Assembly (NCBI RefSeq): GCF_000150275.1
Contig: NW_002060953.1
Coordinates: forward strand, 604,978-668,977
Direction: 5' to 3'
DNA length: 64,000 nt
From: Trichoplax adhaerens
Taxonomy: Eukaryota; Animalia; Placozoa
Shown: positions 51,701-64,000 of the stretch, piece by piece
Position numbering within the stretch: position 1 is the first letter of the stretch
Layout: each line of letters starts with the position of its first letter
Notes under the pieces: model-generated
Seen by the model: the letters and a program-made list of their open reading frames with translations, nothing else
Databases searched by the model: none
Told to the model about the DNA's origin: nothing
Translations under genes and position numbers: made by a program

Positions 51701-54700
51701 CTCTAGGTTGGCTTCATAGCAATAGTTATTCTTGCACTTCTTTTGAGAGCCTGGACATGTAGTTGGTGGACTTGGCTTAGCACAGTTAGAAAACTGTAAG
51801 TCATCAATAGCAATATCTCCGGTGCTACCAAATCTTGTTGAACCTGTAAATGTTAATTGAAAGCCGGAGGCACATGGAGGAAGCTGGACAGTAGCTTTTT
51901 TCCATTGATTACCTTGTGCACCGCTTAGAGTCCATAGTTGTCTAGATGTTAAAGTTGTAGGTGAGCCATAGTTTAGACTTAGTGCGCCAATACTACTACC
52001 GTACATATGATACCAGAATGAAAATTGGCAGGCGTTACTTGGACTGCGGAAAATAGGACTGGCTAAGTAAGCTTCATCATTGTTATTTCCGTTGTCTTTT
52101 TCAATGTACATATAATAACCGTTGGCAGTACCAGAAGTATGATCAGTGGATGGTCCTGTATTATTTGTTGGAGTTCCTCCTTTGTTACGCATCCAAACTA
52201 AATTACCTGATTTAGCTGGTGCTGTCCAACCACATGTTCCTTGCTCAAATGAACATGTTGCCGGGCATTTGTTTTCGTCAGAACGGTCACCGCAGTTATT
52301 TATAAAGTTGCAGAATAAGTTGGAATCGATGCAAGTATTGCTAGTAGTACATTTTTGCTGTCCTGTAGAACACCCAGGACTGGTTGGTTTAGGTAATGAT
52401 AATGGTGTATTTGATATTTGGCAGGATGGTGTGAGCGAAATATCATCGATTGCAATATCACTATTAGTACTATTGCCATTTTTGCTTGTAAATACTATTT
52501 GAGCAGCGTTGGCGACATTAATCTGAATGGATGCTTTTCGCCAGATATCACCTTGGTTACCAGACATTTTCCAGATTTGAGTAAGTGGTCCTAGCCATAC
52601 AGAACGCAAGGATACAGTTAAACTGTCTATATCTTTACCATACATATGATACCAAAATCGGAACATGCAATTGGTTGAGGGTAAAACCGAAAAAGTTGAT
52701 CTAAGATTGGCCGAGTACCGTTGATTACCGAAATTGGCATCGGAATACATGTATGTACCTTTAGAGGTACCTAAGGTGTGATCAAAATTAGGACCAGTTG
52801 TCGAAGAGAAGGAGCCGCCAAATTTTCTGTTCCAGTCAAAGTTGTCATCATCTTCATTTGCCCAGTCACACATAGACGACTCAAAGTTACATCGTTTTTT
52901 ATAATTATTGCAATTATTCTCGTCTGAGTAATCACCGCAATCGTTAGAGTAATCACAAACTTGTGATGGTTGTATACATAGTCCATTGGCACATTGGAAT
53001 GAACCGATATTACAGACTTGCGGTGGCGGAAATCGGCAATCCATAAACGAGATATCATCGACTGCCTGAACACTAGAAGTGCCGAACAGCGGCGAAAATG
53101 GGGGCTGGTATCTGAATCGTAATTGGAAGCCAGCATCACGATAACCTATGCCAATTGTGTTATTCCTCCAAGTTCTGCTTGTTGTACCATATCTTGACCA
53201 CAGACTGGTACTAACACCATTACTTATTATGCTTAGTGATAAGCTTCCGCCACTTTTTTGATAATAGAAATATTGTATTTTGCATGTAGCGTAAGCTTGT
53301 GGTAATTTACTACTGATCATTACTGATGATCTAGCAAAGAAGATAGAGCTAAGCGATTTTACATACATGTAAAAACCAGATGACGAACCAGTAGTATGAT
53401 CTGAAGCTGGGCCACCGATAACAGCACTAGCTCGTTTCCATTTATCATTTCCAGAGCTGATATCTTTCCATCCGCAAGTACTGGTTTCAAAAGTGCAAGC
53501 TCCACAATTTGATTGATTCCAGCTAGCACATTGAGTAGCTGTTGAAGGTGTTGGGGTTGGTAAAGTACCAGCAATAGTAGTGTTTGGTGCAACGGTTGGT
53601 TTATAAATTTTACAATCGGGCGTAAATGATATATCATCAATGGCAATATCACCTTTAGAACCACCTACGGTAGCTTCGATAACAACTGAGAAATAACCTG
53701 TACTAAAGAATGAGACCTCAGCTCTTAACCAACTATCACCTTGATCACCTGATTTGGACCAAACTTTTTTCATAGGCGACAATGAAGAGTTAGTATATAT
53801 ATTTAAACTTCCAGTATTAGATCCGTACATATGATAATACAGACGTAATTTACATTTGCCAGTAAGTGTAGGAGCCCAGTAAGTTGAAGATATTTGAGCT
53901 TTTTCACCAGTTGTTTCAAAAGAGGAATCAATAGTTAGGTATTGTCCATAACTTGTGCCTAGGGTATGATCGCGTGATGGACCTGTAGATGATGTAAATG
54001 TTGTACCTTTATCAAGCCTCCAATTGAAGTCATCGCTCTTAGATTGAACAAAAGTGCATAAGCCTTGTTCAAAGTCACAACGTGTATATCCAAGTGTATT
54101 GCAATTGACTTCATCGCTAGAATCACCACAATTATTTGTAAAGTCGCAGATTGTATTGGTTGGAATACAGGAGCCTCGTTGACATCTAAATAAGCTAGAG
54201 CTACATGTTGGTTGAATTGGCGGTAATTTGCATTCATAGAAGGAAATGTCATCAATAGCGATATTAGATGGACTAAAGAATGAATTATCTCCTTCAAAAG
54301 TAAGTTGAAAACTGTTACTTCTAGCACCGAAATAAACAGTTTGAAGCTTCCATGTATTAGTAGTAATGCCAGTAACAGATGCTAACTGCGTTTTAGGTGC
54401 CGGGTCTTCTTTCATATATAGCTCAACTGAACCAGTAACACTAGAGGAGACACTGTTACTTATGGAATACCAAAATCGTATTTCACAAGCTGAACCAGTT
54501 GGGCTTAACTTAGGGCTAGTAAATTTAGCTGGCCCAAAGAATGCCTTATCGTCTGCTAATGCTAAGTAATACCCTATTGCTGATCCTAATGTATGATCGA
54601 TAGATGGTACTTTTTGTGAAGCAGGTGAGCCATAACGTCCTCGTATCCATTTGTATTCGCCATCATTGCCAATTGTATATCCGCAAATACCGCTTTCGAA

Positions 54701-57700
54701 GTTGCATCGACCACACTTTGCTTCATCGCTTGAATCTTTGCAATCTGAGATGTAATCGCATATCTTATTAGATGCAACACAAGAATTATCATCCTTGCAA
54801 CGGAATGCACAAGAATTTGGAGTTGGAGTTGGCGTAGTAGGTTGGCAGGCACCATTATAGATGCTGATGTCATCAATAGCAATATCACTTTGCCTAAATG
54901 TACCTCTTACAGCTTCGAATACTAGTTGATATGCTTGAGTGTTACTTGGAACACTGATTTGAGTATATTTCCAGTAGTGTTGTTGATTTCCACTAATATT
55001 CCATAATTGGCTAGCACTATTGCCATACATCCACAAAACATTCAAGCTGCCCATATTTTGACCATACATAAAATACCAGAAAGTCAAGCATCGCCCACTT
55101 GATGCTGGGAATACTTCACTCATAAGTCGTGCTTTGTTACCAGGACGGAGATTATCGGCATTCATAAAAGCATAATAACCTTGTGGAGTGCCTAGCGTAT
55201 GATCAACCACTGGACCGGTAGAAGATGTTGGAGTTGGTCCCTTCCAACGCTGCCAGTCAGCATTATCTCCTACCTGAGTATTCGACCATGAACATAAATC
55301 ACTTTCGAAACTGCAACTACCAGGTGCAGGACAAGCACCGTCTGTTGTGCCAATATCATCCAGAGCTAAAATACCAACATTAGCGGATCCGCGTACAGCC
55401 TCAAGTACTATTGTGTACGATGTGCCACTTGAAATAGTTACTTGAGAAACTAGCCAATTACTTAGTAGAGTGCCACTTCTAGTCCAGATTTTATTCAATT
55501 TACCAAAACTCTTCGTATAGATATTGATGGATCCAACACCAGATCCAAAAGCAACATAATTGATCTTGAGACATTTTGGCCTAGTCGGTGGAAGTTGGCG
55601 TGATTCTAAGCGTGCATAATCATTTAATTGTTGATTTTCCATGACTGCATAAATGTAATGGCCAAATTGAGTTCCTAAGGTATGATCGATAGCAGGGCCA
55701 AGACCGTTGCTACTGTTACCATTACCAAAAGACCAGTCAAACATATCACTGATATCCTGAGAGTATCCGCAAAGGGTTGGCAGTTCAAATTCACATATTG
55801 GTTGTGGTGGGCACCCTTGATAGTTGAACTTGAGATCATCGATGGCAATGTCACTTTGGTAAGCAGAAAAACCATAAGGATGTGTCGATTCCAATACTAA
55901 TTGGAAAGGTTGTGGTCGAGTAAATTCAAGGACGGCATGGCGCCAGACATTTCCAAGATTGCCACTTCTAGTCCACAATGGTCCAGGTCCATAATTATTT
56001 CCTACTTTGATATATAAATTTAGAGTGCCAATTTCTTCGCCATACATATGGTACCAAAATTGGAAGCACATAGATGCAGTAGGAGAATTTGGAGGAATTG
56101 AAGCACTAATTAAGCGAGCACGATCGTTTGCATTTCTAGAGGAGCCCTCCGAATAAGCGTACCAACCTCGATTACTATTTAAGGTATGATCTACAGAAGG
56201 TCCGGTTGAAGAGGAAAATGTAGATCCTTGATTCCGAGTCCAATTGAAAGTATCGGTAGCAACATCTTGTTGCCAATTGCAGAAACCATTCTCAAAGTTA
56301 CAATCGAATAATGTTGGTGGCAAGGTTGGTGTTGGACCAGGTTGAGTTGGTGTTGGAGTTGGCTGCGATGAGCTACTACAATTAGCCAAGAATGATAGAT
56401 CATCAATAGCAATATCTACTTTCACCTGACCTACCACACCGACGACTTGAATAACGTAAGGTTGAGTGCTAGAATATACAATCTGGACATTTTGCCATGT
56501 TCTTGAGGATGCAAGTTGGTTACGAATCCATAATAATGTACCAAATTGGCTACCTTGCCTCTTTATATAGACCGATAGACTTCCTACCTTATTGGAGCTT
56601 GTGAAGAGGTCATAGAAGTGATACCACATGCTGAAGCAGCGAGAAGTAGTTGGGGGCAACATTTGACTTTGTAAAATAGCTTTCGAACTAGTGTTAACAT
56701 TACTTGCTTCCAAGTACATATATTTACCCGCCGATGTTCCTAGTGTGTGATCAGTAAATGGTCCAGTAAAGAATGAAGGTGTACTACCTCGATTAACGGT
56801 CCAGTCAAAGGTATCTCCAGTTCTAACATTTGTCCAAGTGCAAAGACCGTTTTCAAAATTACAATTGCCTGGTGGTGGACAAGCTCCATCGCGGAATTGT
56901 AAGTCGTCAATAGCAATGTTCCCATCTCCACTGGCAGTGCTTGCTTCAATAACCGCTTGCCATGGACTAGTTAATCCACTAAGTGTAGCTTGAGCTATAT
57001 TCCATGTCGTACCTTGGTTACCACTTTGACTCCATACTGCGCTACTTAAGGTACCTTTTTCTTTACTGTATACTTTGAGTGTACCTGCATTACCAGTCAT
57101 GCGATAGTAGAATACCAAGCACTTCTTAAGTTGAGCGGTAGCAGCTGGTGGAAATTTCGGCCCAACTAAACGTGATTTAGCATTGGGATTACTATATGAT
57201 GATACATACATGTAATAACCGGTTGCTGTATTTGTTGTATGATCTGTTGGTGGTCCAGATCCTTGCTTATCGTTACCACCTTTGGCACGAGTCCAGTTAA
57301 ATGCATTAGCTTTATCTTGCATCCATTGACAGGTATTGATCTCAAAAGTGCAATCGACAGTTCTAGGACATTCACCATCCTTGATTGCAATGTCATCAAG
57401 ACCAATATCGCTCTGAAATCCGTTACCTCGAACTGCTTCGAAAACAAGTTGATATGGAGTTGTACTACTAATTTGTCGATTGCCTGATAACCATTGAGTT
57501 CCTTGAGTACCTGATTTCGACCAAACAAGTGTATCTTTATTGCTTTGGCGGAGATATATATTGAGAGTACCGACATCAGCTCCGTACATACTATACCAAA
57601 AGTACAGGCAACGACTTGATGATGCAGTGAGACTAGGACTAACAAGCCTTGCATAGTCTTTATTCCTTGCACCTGTTGCTTCAATATAAATATAGTAGCC

Positions 57701-60700
57701 ATTTCCAGTAGTGTGATCGCCAGTTGGTCCTGTACCAAAGCTTGGAGTTGAGCTATTTCGTCTTATGAATTGGAGAGGTGTGTTGGGTTGATTAGTCCAA
57801 CTACAAAAACCGTTAGTAAAATTGCAATCATTTGGCCCATTCAATGGTACAATATTACTTGGTGGTGGGAGTTCAGGTCCACATTGAGGCACTTTGCAGT
57901 ATGCCCATATTTTACTGGGGTCAGTTGTGTAACACCATGGACCACCTGGCTTATTATCAGGATTACGGCAATAATTATGATTTCCTATACCCATTGCTGA
58001 ATAATTACTCGGCACAATGCTGTGTGGGTGAGGACTTTGCAGATTCCAATTTTGGCATGTAGTAGAATATTTTGTACGAGATGATGTACCACGATAGCTA
58101 TTGCCATTGCCGTTATAACAGTTAGTGGAGCAAATACCTGATGATACTGAGAAATCATCGATGGCAATATCACCTGAACTAGCACCTGCTGTTGTAGCTT
58201 GAACGATAATTCTAAAGATAGTTGAGCTACTGATAGTAACTAGTCCATGCTTCCAACCTACGCCTTGATTACCAGAGATTTGACCAATAACCGATATTGC
58301 ACCATTTCGATTAAGAGATACCGATAATGTACCAATGTTCTCACCATACATATTATACCAAACGCTGAAACATGCTGCAGTTATGGGTAAGAATTGAGTG
58401 CTGACAAGTTGTGCTTTGCCATTAACAGCAAACTGAGTGTTAAGTAAATTACTACTTTGTATAAACATGTAATGACCAAAGCGTGTACCAAGAGTATGAT
58501 CAATTGAAGGTCCAGTATTAGCACTAGGGGTATCACCACTACCTCGGATCCAATTAATATCATTACTTAAGGAATTGGCCCAAGTACATAAGCTTGATTC
58601 GAAATCACAATCGGCCGGTCCGGGACAGGCACCTGCTGTAAGACCAACATCATCTATGGCTATATCACCTTGGATTCCATTTCCGACACTGGCATCAAAG
58701 ACTGCTCTCCAGCTGGATATATAACTTCTAAGCGTAACTCTACCATATAACCATTGATTACCTTGATTACCAGTACGCCTCCAGCGTGGATTACTTAATG
58801 TGCCTGTTCCAGCGTTATTTAAGAACCTAATTAGGACTTGAAGGATACCAATGTTATTACCAGACATATGATACCAAAATGATAAACAACGTGAGCCTGG
58901 AGATTGTACAGGGCTTTGGATTCGTGCTTTATCGCCTCTGAATTCAAGTCCAGCATGAATATATAGGAAATGGCCTGATGATGTTTGAGTTGTATGATCA
59001 GTGGCGGGTCCAGTGCCTTGAGTAGGTGTACCATTGCTGCCAATATACCATTGAGCTTTTTCAGTAACATCGTTAGTCCAGCCGCATACTCCATTGTTGG
59101 TTGCTTCGAAATCGCAAACATCCGATGGTGGACAAGCTCCTGGTGTGAAGGAAATATCATCGACAGCAATATCACCTTGGAAATTATTGCCAGCAATACC
59201 ACGTAAACGAATAGAGTAGGATACTCCACTTGATACTGTTACTTGAGCTTTTTGCCATAGGTTACCTTGACTACCTTGTCGTCTCCAAATCATTATCCTT
59301 GATATATTGGACGTGGAATAATCTCTATCAATAAATGCTTCTAATGTATTGACTTTTTCGCCGTACATTTGATACCAAAAGCGGAAACATGTTGCAGATG
59401 TTGGAGCAATGAATGGACTATAAATATCTGCATAAGGTGCTGTACTTGAATTAGTGGCAGTGATGCTAGTACTATCGATATCGAGATAATATCCAAGGCC
59501 TGATGTATGATCGTATTGTGGCCCAAGTCCTACACTTGTTGTACTTCCTTTTCGCAAAGACCAATCAAAGTTGTCATTCGTCGATTGTTTCCATAAGCAA
59601 AGATTACCGTTAGAAAAGTTACAATTATACGGTGAATTGCTAACCACAGCTGTCGGTTGTATCGGTGGTGGTAGAACAGTGCCATTGCAGACGCCATCGT
59701 AGAAAGAAATATCATCTAGCCCAATATCACCTGTAAATCCATTGCCTTTGGTAGCTTGGAATATAATCTGGTAAGAGGTTGTAGCAGTAAATTGCACTTG
59801 ACCCTGTATCCATACGTTACCTTGTTGGCCGATAACGTTAGCTAATAGTGTTTGGAAACCGTCACCAAGCATAAATACAGATAAAGCACCTACCGTAGTA
59901 CCTCTCATATGGAAGTAAAATCGTAAACATCTTGCATTTCCAGTCGGTCTAAAAATCTCACTAATTAATTGCGCTTTTGCACGCGGAGCAATTTGACTAT
60001 TTGATGTTTCGATATATGCATAATGGCCTTTATTAGTACCGAGAGTATGATCACTTTGTGGACCAGTAGCGATACTATTTGTTGCGCCTGATGTAATTTC
60101 CCAATCAAATTGATCAGCTGCACCTTCGACATTACTCCATGTGCATAAGCCATTTTCGAAATCGCAACTGCCAGGTGGAGGGCATGGTCGGCGCAAGAAT
60201 GCGATATCGTCTAGTGCAACATCACCAAATATTCCGTTGCCAACCACTGATTCGAATACAACTCTATAGGCATTTGGACTCCTCAGAGTAACTTGACCAA
60301 TTTGCCATCTTGCACCTTGATTGCCAAAACGTTGCCATAGAGGAGTAGTTAATTGACTTTGACCAGCTGCTAACATGTAAACATTTAATAGACCAACAGT
60401 GGATCCGTACATATAGTACCAGAACTGTAAGCAATTTCCACTGGTTGAAGCTTTGAGTGGACTGATAATTCGCGCTCGACTACCAGGTCGCTGTGGTGTC
60501 GAGGATTCAGCATAGATGTAATAACCTGTAGGTGATCGCGATGTATGATCTACACTAGGTCCTGTATTAGGAGTTCCTGTTGGACCTATTTTTCTTGTCC
60601 AATTAAATGTATCTCCCTGATCTTGAAGCCAGCCACACCAACCTTCTTGGAAATCGCATTCATCGTTATATAATACGCAAGGTCTATCTAAGAATTGGAC

Positions 60701-62027
60701 ATCATCAATAGCAATGTCGCCTAAAAAGTTTGCACCGGTGTAACCCTCGAATGTAAAGTTATAGGGAATACCAGTCCTAATATTTCGTTGTGCTATCTTC
60801 CACTTGTCACCTTGTGGCCCAGAACGACTCCAAATAAGATGTCGAGCACCTTCGTCATTGCTAGCATAAACATCTAACATGTTAACGCTTTGGCCATGCA
60901 TCCAATACCAAAATTGGAAGCAAAAGAAGGTAGTAGGGTGAGCTTGTACAGTCGGTGGTTGTAAAATAGCTACTTGATTAGGTTGTGTAAATGATGATTC
61001 AATATACATATAGTAGCCATTGCCGGTGGTATGATCATGTCGTGGTCCTGTACCAGTACTTGTTGTTGAGCCTCTGAAACGCCTCCATTTTAGTGAAGTA
61101 TCCGATGGTTGCGTATAATTACATACACCTGTCTCAAATGTGCATCCATAAGGTAACTGTGGTGCTGGTGATGGTGTTACAATAGGCAAGTTGTTGACAG
61201 CGCAGCGACCAGGAGTGAATATGATATTATCGATGGCGAAATTTCCAGACATACCAGGACTCCTTTTGGCTTCAAAAATAATCTGGTAGGCTGTTGTTAT
61301 ACTATGAATAGTAATATTACCTTGCTTCCATTGATTCCCTTGAGCTCCTTTAATTTGGCTAAGGTAGTAAACTCGACCAGTATTGCGTCGTCTGATGTAG
61401 ACGGTTAAATCGCCAGGATTAGCACCATTAACATAGTACCAGAAGCTTAAACATTGGCCAGCAGTAATTGGCAAATATTCACTATAAAATCGAGCAAACT
61501 GTGTAGTAGTGACACCGGAAGGAGTAGTTGAATTAGCATAAATATAGGAGCCTGTATTTTTTTGGGTAGTAACATCAGTTGTTGGCCCACCAGTAAAGCC
61601 TGGCAGACTAGGACTAGTAATGATCCAATTAAAACTATCCAATAAACTATTGTAATAGGCACATAAGCCATTTTCGAAGGTACAACTTCCAGGTGGAGGA
61701 CATGCGCCATTTACAATTCTAATATCATCAACAGCGATTGTATGTTTGGCGCCATTACCAACGACGGCTTCAAAAGCAGGTATCCAACGATAATTGGCTT
61801 TAACGGTAACCCATGCATTAATCCATTGATTTCCAAGTGATCCAGTCATACTCCATAATGCAATTCCGTTGGAGGAGAATGTTGCAGCATAAAAATTCAA
61901 CGAAGCGGTGGTATCGGAGCCATTCATATAGTACCAAAATTGAATACAAGTTCCATTGGTAGCGCTATAGGATGGCCCTTCAAGTTGTGCTTTATAACCA
62001 GGTGTTCTACCGGTTGTATCTGCATAT
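42758..62027 (-). CDS. MALRD1: Giant MAM and LDL-receptor class A domain-containing type-I membrane protein (MALRD1/MLRP-like), 5' end missing at assembly gap
   Basis: Exons: >=62027-51496, 51366-51098, 50858-46199, then small exons near 46090-45977, 45732-45574, 45450-45241, 44894-44756, 44436-44277, 43841-43716, 43410-43296 (TM: [28 protein letters not shown]), 43089-42964 and 42871-42758 (stop). I count >=28 MAM domains (C.FE.G.C.W...GP..DHT...DIAIDDI), 15 LDLa domains (C...F.C..G.CI.....CD...DC.DGSDE..C) and 1 kringle. The symbol denotes family membership. Confidence 0.93.
57881..58120 (-). other. Kringle domain embedded in the MAM array
   Basis: [33 protein letters not shown]...[32 protein letters not shown] has the six-Cys kringle signature. 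Confidence 0.95.
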
Positions 62028-62077
62028 NNNNNNNNNNNNNNNNNNNNNNNNNNNNNNNNNNNNNNNNNNNNNNNNNN
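62028..62077. other. Assembly gap (50 N) truncating the MALRD1-like ORF
   Basis: Exactly 50 n characters. The minus-strand ORF is open up to the gap, in the middle of a MAM domain. Confidence 1.
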
Positions 62078-64000
62078 TTGGACGCTTAACATCGCCTAAT
62101 TGAATCACTGAAACAGCTCTTGAGCCATGGGTGATAGTCTTGCTGATATCCATGGCGTTTATGGTTCCTCTTTTACTCGTTGCATTAGGAGATGATGGAC
62201 CTATTTGGTCATGGCTTTACTTGGCAGTTCTGCCATGGCCGTCATCGATTGCTGCTTTAAGCTATGACAACTGGGAAGAATTGCAGCTTTCTTTTCAGCC
62301 ATTGATTTTTAAATGAGACAATCGTTCCAACTCTTGCTTATTGACAAATTTATTACTGTCCATTTTACTTTTAGATTGATTGATTTCTGTGATTGCCATT
62401 TGAACTATCTGGATTCTTTCTATCTGAGTTCTATCTCCATCTGCAAATCGCTATTTTTATTCTATCGTTGACTGAATACCATTCTTTCTAAACATGATCG
62501 CAATATTACCGTCTCCATTAAACTGCTGATGGTCATTTATCTTGAACCTATCTTCATTTCTAGAGCCGTTACTTCGATTCTAACCTTCACTGATTTTACC
62601 TCTTTCCGATCATTTTACCAATATCACTAGATTAAACTGTAAATAACTTTATCTTGCCTCCGTCTTGGTTTCAACAACAGTTATTTGTGTTTTATCCTTG
62701 ACCGATCTTTCTTCTTTCTAAACATTATCGTCAAGGCTCTTTCCGATCAGCAATTTTATTAAACGATCAATTAGTCTACTTTCTCTTGAATCTATCTTAA
62801 CCCCATCTTGATCTCCCAAGCGTTCAGAATTGCTCAATTTATTTTAATTATTATCATTCTATCATGGACTGATCAAGGCTCTTTCCGATCAGCTTTTTTA
62901 TTAGACTACTTTCTCTGGAATCTATCTTAACCCCATCTTGATCTCCCAAGCGTTCAGAATTGCTCAATTTATTTTAATTATTATCATTCTATCATGGACT
63001 GATCAAGGCTCTTTCCGATCAGCTTTTTTATTAGACTACTTTCTCTGGAATCTATCTTAACCCCATCTTGATCTCCCAAGCGTTCAGAATTGCTCAATTT
63101 ATTTTAATTATTATCATTCTATCATGGACTGATCAAGGCTCTTTCCGATCAGCTTTTTTATTAGACTATTTTCTCTGGAATCTATCTTAACCCCATCTTG
63201 ATCTACCAGCCGATTCAGAATCGCTCAATTTGTTTTCATTATGTATCATTTTTCTCATCATCATTCTACAATTTTCCGATATGGCAGACTAATTGAAACT
63301 ATCCATGATTGTTTTTCTCCACTTGCAAATTGCAAATCATTCTATTCTCCCTCCAGCGATTTATTTCCTATTAGCTTGAGCTATTCTTATGCCCTACGGC
63401 CAAATCATTGGAGTTTGCCTTACAGGCTGTTTATTTTATGCTGGCTTCTATCATGGCCGATTTGGGTCAACGATAGAAGTTTTTCCTCTTGCCTGCCGAT
63501 CTTATCCAATCCGATCAATTCGTTTACTGTCGTTCCATCTTGACCAACTTGTAGATTGTTGGTTTTAACCGACATAAATGAATTCATTAGCCAACGCTAC
63601 AAATCAACGATCATCGTTGTTTGCCATAACTAGGCTGTTCAACACTTTTCTATTGACAAGATGTTTATTTTAGCCTGCTGGAGTTTCATGTTCATTTAGT
63701 TGTCACTTGATTCTTTTTTATTTCCACGATGTTGTATACGGATAGCATTAAACTCTGTTGTCATCCATGTTGTGGGACCTAGATCGCCTTGTACATCCTT
63801 TACCCTAGCCAGATGAATTGATTTCAATTCATTCTCCTTGTAGTAATCGATTGGCAAATTGATTTTCATTTTTGGGTCGTATCGACATGATTTTGCCTTT
63901 CCATATTCCCCTAGCATTGGCCGTTGTAGTTTATCATTGAACAGCATGAAAATTCCCTTCATAACCACAAGACATGAAAGCAAGGATCGAGAATAGAGTC
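62078..64000 (+). repeat. ~98% identical direct copy of 11320-13242 (p120 intron 2 sequence), including the 130-bp array
   Basis: Colinear at an offset of ~50,758 bp, with about 30 differences counted by eye over ~1.9 kb. ORFs 62131, 63241 and 63696 mirror 11373, 12481 and 12943. Starts immediately after a 50-N gap. Confidence 0.97.

Noticed and set aside
46546-61710. Many short alternative-frame and antisense ORFs inside the MALRD1-like exons and the p120 exon
   Set aside because: These are shadow ORFs of long coding exons with no independent features.

Overview
AT-rich, intron-containing animal genomic DNA from a draft assembly with three N-gaps. The compact genes, short introns and gene content suggest an early-branching metazoan such as a placozoan (Trichoplax-like), but the host is my inference. 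Five protein-coding genes are supported. (1) A p120/delta-catenin-family armadillo gene (+, 8289-19329); I reconstructed its N-terminal coiled-coil exons inside the repeat-rich left part of the window, which the ORF track misses. (2) A KIF27/KIF7 kinesin-4 gene (-, 22700-33209, about 40 small exons). (3) ANAPC13 (+, 33822-34040), head-to-head with the kinesin. (4) A two-exon heterotrimeric G-protein gamma subunit (+, 37520-40663), absent from the ORF track. (5) A giant MALRD1-like type-I membrane protein (-, 42758 to beyond 62027; at least ~5,500 aa) with at least 28 MAM domains, 15 LDLa domains, one kringle, a TM helix and three NPxY motifs, cut off at a 50-N gap. The first ~14 kb carries many unrelated tandem-repeat arrays. 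Positions 62078-64000 are a ~98% identical copy of a p120 intron segment (11320-13242), either an uncollapsed haplotype or a duplication. Non-coding DNA around 32-44 kb is enriched in TACAGTA/TACTGTA, the canonical Tc1/mariner excision footprint. I could support no rRNA, tRNA, CRISPR array or intact transposase.
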